Of a stretch of 24,000 nucleotides of DNA, positions 21,632 to 24,000 are shown piece by piece. Made by a program: the position numbers and the translations under genes. The stretch's first letter is position 1; every line of letters begins with the position of its first letter. The stretch lies in the NCBI GenBank assembly GCA_934590165.1, contig CAKTOO010000005.1, forward strand, positions 82,431-106,430. The letters are read 5' to 3'. Under the pieces are notes generated by a model. The model was given only the letters and a program-made list of their open reading frames with translations. It had not been told where the DNA came from and made no database searches. The DNA comes from an uncultured Dysosmobacter sp. GTDB taxonomy: Bacteria > Bacillota > Clostridia > Oscillospirales > Oscillospiraceae.

Positions 21632-21660
21632 GACTATATCAATTAAAAAGAGGTGAGAGC

Positions 21661-23256
21661 ATGAGCGTGACTGTATCTGACCTGCTGAAGCTTCCATCCC
21701 TGCGGCAAGCAAAAGTCGTTGGTGGAACAGGGGGACTTCAAAAAGTCGTTTCGTCGATCTCCGTGTTGGAGTCCACAGACCCTACCGTCCTCATCAATGA
21801 GGTGTTTCCACATGACAAATACTCCGGCAGCGAGATCGTCATTACCGGCTTTCTCAACTGTGTGAATGACATCGACCTGCAGTGCTCCAACCTCCTGAAG
21901 CTGATCGGCGGCGGCGAAGTGGGCCTCGTGCTGTACTATGTGGGCGTGTATCTCCCCTGTGTGGACCAGCGGCTCATTGATATTGCCAACGAGCACGATT
22001 TCGTCCTCATCTGTATGCCGGAGGGGCAGCGGCATCTGCGTTACAGCGATCTTATTACGGATGTCATGGAGTGCATCTACCGGGACCGTTCGGCAAGCAG
22101 CTCCCTTGTGTCAGACATTCTCGCCCGGATATCCTCTGCCCCGCACCATCAGCAGACGGTGGGTACCGCGCTACAGATGCTCTGCGCGGAACTGGGGTGT
22201 TCCGCCGTGCTGAGCACCCACGAGGGGAACATCCTGAATCTCGCAACCTGGCCCAGTGGTATGGAAGAAACGATCCGCGAGGGAATCGAGCGCTGTCTGC
22301 CGCTTCCGTCAGAGCAGGCTTGTCTGCCTTGCCCTTTCCTTTCGGATGCTGAGATGTCCTGCATCCCCATTCGTTCGGATCTGGCACAGCCACTTCAGCT
22401 GACCTTGATCAAGGTGGGTACGCCATTGAGCACACAATTAGCGGAGCAGGCGGCAGACACGATAAGAATCTGCATCAATATTTGGGGGCGGCAGCATGGC
22501 GCAGTCGCGATCCACGAGCTGGTGCGGGCCATTTTGCAGGACGAGCCGCTGAAGATGCGGCGTCTGGCCGAGATCTTCCATGTGGACGCGGCGGCACTCC
22601 ACGAGCTCTGGATGCTGTGCGGAGCGGATGCCAACGAGGTAGAGGCCCGCATGGAGCAGGATCTCTCCCTTGCCAGACAGTGTGCGGATTCTGTCGTCGG
22701 AGCAATCTTTGAAGGACAGCCGGTCATGTGCCTGAGCACGCCGCATTCCCTGCGGGAAACCGAGAGCGTGATGCAGGAGCTTCTTTCCACCGCTTTGAAG
22801 ACCAGTCCGGATGCGGTCGTTGTCCGATGCAGCGGATTGTCCAATACGACAAGCTGCCGGAGAGCATATTTGTTAACACTTGACAATTTGGCGGATGCAA
22901 AACGCATTTTCCCCCACAAGAAGCTGTTCCTTCAAGGGGAACTGGAACTGGCGGCTTCCTGCCGGAAACGCATCAGCGAGGGGGAAGCCGCTGCCATTCA
23001 GCGCATCCTGCCCCTCTCTGTGTTGCAGTCTGACGAGGAGTATCAGGATCTGCTCTACACCGCCTGTGTTTACCTTTTAGACTGCGACAGCAGCGTTACC
23101 AGGACGGCGGAGCGGCTGTATCTGCACAAGAACACCATAAAGTATCGACTGCAAAGGATCTCTGACCTTTTGGGGTACCGCCTTGGGAAAATGCCGGAGA
23201 CCATCGATCTTTACCGCGGCGCGGCTATCTACCGGCTGCTCCATGAGGTGCATTGA
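21661..23256 (+). CDS. PucR-family transcriptional regulator
   Basis: The N-terminus MSVTVSDLLKLPSLRQAKVVGGTGGL is a typical PucR/purine-catabolism regulator N-domain. The C-terminal HTH is SVTRTAERLYLHKNTIKYRLQRISDLLG. Confidence 0.85.
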   Translation: MSVTVSDLLKLPSLRQAKVVGGTGGLQKVVSSISVLESTDPTVLINEVFPHDKYSGSEIVITGFLNCVNDIDLQCSNLLKLIGGGEVGLVLYYVGVYLPCVDQRLIDIANEHDFVLICMPEGQRHLRYSDLITDVMECIYRDRSASSSLVSDILARISSAPHHQQTVGTALQMLCAELGCSAVLSTHEGNILNLATWPSGMEETIREGIERCLPLPSEQACLPCPFLSDAEMSCIPIRSDLAQPLQLTLIKVGTPLSTQLAEQAADTIRICINIWGRQHGAVAIHELVRAILQDEPLKMRRLAEIFHVDAAALHELWMLCGADANEVEARMEQDLSLARQCADSVVGAIFEGQPVMCLSTPHSLRETESVMQELLSTALKTSPDAVVVRCSGLSNTTSCRRAYLLTLDNLADAKRIFPHKKLFLQGELELAASCRKRISEGEAAAIQRILPLSVLQSDEEYQDLLYTACVYLLDCDSSVTRTAERLYLHKNTIKYRLQRISDLLGYRLGKMPETIDLYRGAAIYRLLHEVH

Positions 23257-23270
23257 TATTCAAGATAAGC

Positions 23271-23317
23271 AGCGCTTCACTCTTTGTCCTTTAGGACAAA
23301 GAGTGAAGCGCTTTTTT
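23271..23317 (+). terminator. Rho-independent terminator
   Basis: 19-bp perfect stem AGCGCTTCACTCTTTGTCC / GGACAAAGAGTGAAGCGCT with loop TTTA, followed by TTTTTT. Confidence 0.9.
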
Positions 23318-23352
23318 CTGCCCATACGACAATATTCTTTCATGCGTTGAAG

Positions 23353-23361
23353 TGCTATACT
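23353..23361 (+). promoter_or_regulatory. Candidate extended -10 promoter element for the permease gene
   Basis: TGCTATACT (TGn + TATACT) lies about 57 nt upstream of the ATG at 23418. No good -35 element was seen. Confidence 0.4.
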
Positions 23362-23417
23362 TTCCCCATTCTTTGGTTCGGCCTCAGAATATACCCAAGA
23401 GAAAGAGGTGTTTTTCT

Positions 23418-24000
23418 ATGAGTGAAAACAACAGTGGGTTCAAGATCGACGAATCGCAGCGGCAAAGCTGGCTGTCCATCGCGGCAGTCTGGGCGGGCGG
23501 CATGATCTGTGTGCCCTGCCTGATGATCGGCGGCGTGCTGGCGGGCGGCGGCTTGAGTCTGGGGCAGATCGTGCTGTCCATTCTCATCGGCTACGGCCTC
23601 ATCTGCGCCTACATGATCTGCATCGGCATGCAGGCCTGTGATACCGGCCTTCCTGTTTCCGTGATGGCCTCCGGCGCGCTGGGCGAAAAGGGCGCGCGCT
23701 ACATCATCAGTACGCTCCTTGCCATCGCCTGTGTCGGTTGGTTCGGCATTCAGTCCGCTACCTGCGGCAGCGCCTTTGCCAGCATGGTGGCCAGTATGCT
23801 GGGAACGGAGGCCTCTCCGGTCTTCGTCACCGTCAGTTCCATCATTTGGGGCGTTATCATGCTGCTGACGGCCTGCGTGGGCTTCAAGGGCCTCAAGTGG
23901 CTCAACTACATCGCAGTACCTCTGCTGGTCATCGTCTGCCTGTACGGCCTCATTGCGGGCATCACCGCTCATGAGGGCGGCAATGCCATTGCAAACTACG
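23418..24000 (+). CDS. NCS1-family cytosine/purine permease (CodB-like), 3' end runs off window
   Basis: Translated by hand; no stop codon falls in the window. AAGAGG RBS. The protein begins MSENNSGFKIDESQRQSWLSIAAVWAGGMICVPCLMIGGVLAGGGLSLGQIVLSILIGYGLI. It continues ...ACVGWFGIQSATCG..., which parallels CodB TM1-TM4 including the VGWFG motif. Pairing with a PucR regulator is a coherent context. Confidence 0.8.
   Translation, partial: MSENNSGFKIDESQRQSWLSIAAVWAGGMICVPCLMIGGVLAGGGLSLGQIVLSILIGYGLICAYMICIGMQACDTGLPVSVMASGALGEKGARYIISTLLAIACVGWFGIQSATCGSAFASMVASMLGTEASPVFVTVSSIIWGVIMLLTACVGFKGLKWLNYIAVPLLVIVCLYGLIAGITAHEGGNAIANY

Larger units (their letters stand above)
1..21640. mobile_element. 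Mobile-element-derived region (plasmid/ICE/prophage-like); ends not defined in window
   Basis: Gene content is typical of mobile elements: YqaJ exonuclease, XRE+ImmA module, Y-family polymerase, ParM/ParR-like pair, serine resolvase, IscB element and multiple XRE regulators. GC is visibly lower than in the 21,661-24,000 block. No integrase or att site was recognised, so the boundaries are only approximate. Confidence 0.5.

Noticed and set aside
23318-23417. Purine riboswitch upstream of the permease
   Set aside because: The context (PucR plus an NCS1 permease) prompted a check. The roughly 100-nt leader lacks the conserved purine-riboswitch junction and loop sequences and has no obvious three-way junction.
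23355-23972. 205-aa minus-strand ORF (plus the short overlapping ORFs at 22395-22919 and 22064-22393)
   Set aside because: These are shadow frames antisense to the GC-rich permease and PucR genes, with a His/Ala/Gly/Arg-rich, low-complexity composition. The plus-strand frames have clear family motifs.
1-24000. Element integrase, attL/attR sites and a TnpA transposase
   Set aside because: No tyrosine or large-serine integrase, no Y1 transposase and no duplicated tRNA 3' end could be identified in this window. Element boundaries are therefore given only as approximate.

Overview
All calls come from reading the sequence and the ORF track by hand. No homology, HMM or folding software was run. 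Positions 1 to about 21,640 read as a moderately low-GC mobile-element region of Firmicutes/Clostridia style (plasmid-, ICE- or prophage-like). On the minus strand it holds an operon ending in a YqaJ-type exonuclease and an XRE repressor plus ImmA/IrrE protease module. A divergent plus-strand block holds a Y-family DNA polymerase, a UmuD'-like protein, two sigma/HTH regulators, ParM, a ParR-like protein, a small serine resolvase and a degenerate recombinase paralog. Further right are XRE regulators, a DEDDh exonuclease fused to three Ada-like zinc modules, two metallophosphoesterases, several unknown genes and a tight array of 8 plus-strand tRNA genes. From about 21,660 the GC content rises and the genes look chromosomal: a PucR-family regulator and a 5'-partial CodB-like NCS1 permease. 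The main finding is at 11,310-12,901. A 431-aa protein there has the full IscB architecture: N-terminal PLMP motif, split RuvC, Arg-rich bridge helix, inserted HNH and a C-terminal beta-rich domain. It is preceded by about 295 nt of ORF-free, hairpin-rich sequence that runs into its start codon, which is the expected position of an omegaRNA. Together this looks like a solo IS200/IS605-type OMEGA RNA-guided nuclease element with no TnpA in the window. Secondary findings are a tRNA with a hand-folded 8/4 (tRNA-Sec/allo-tRNA-like) cloverleaf but a GCU anticodon, a helically phased RGAACT repeat array in the divergent regulatory region, a UmuD'-like protein lacking the Ser-Lys dyad, and a leader hairpin that duplicates the downstream Shine-Dalgarno sequence.
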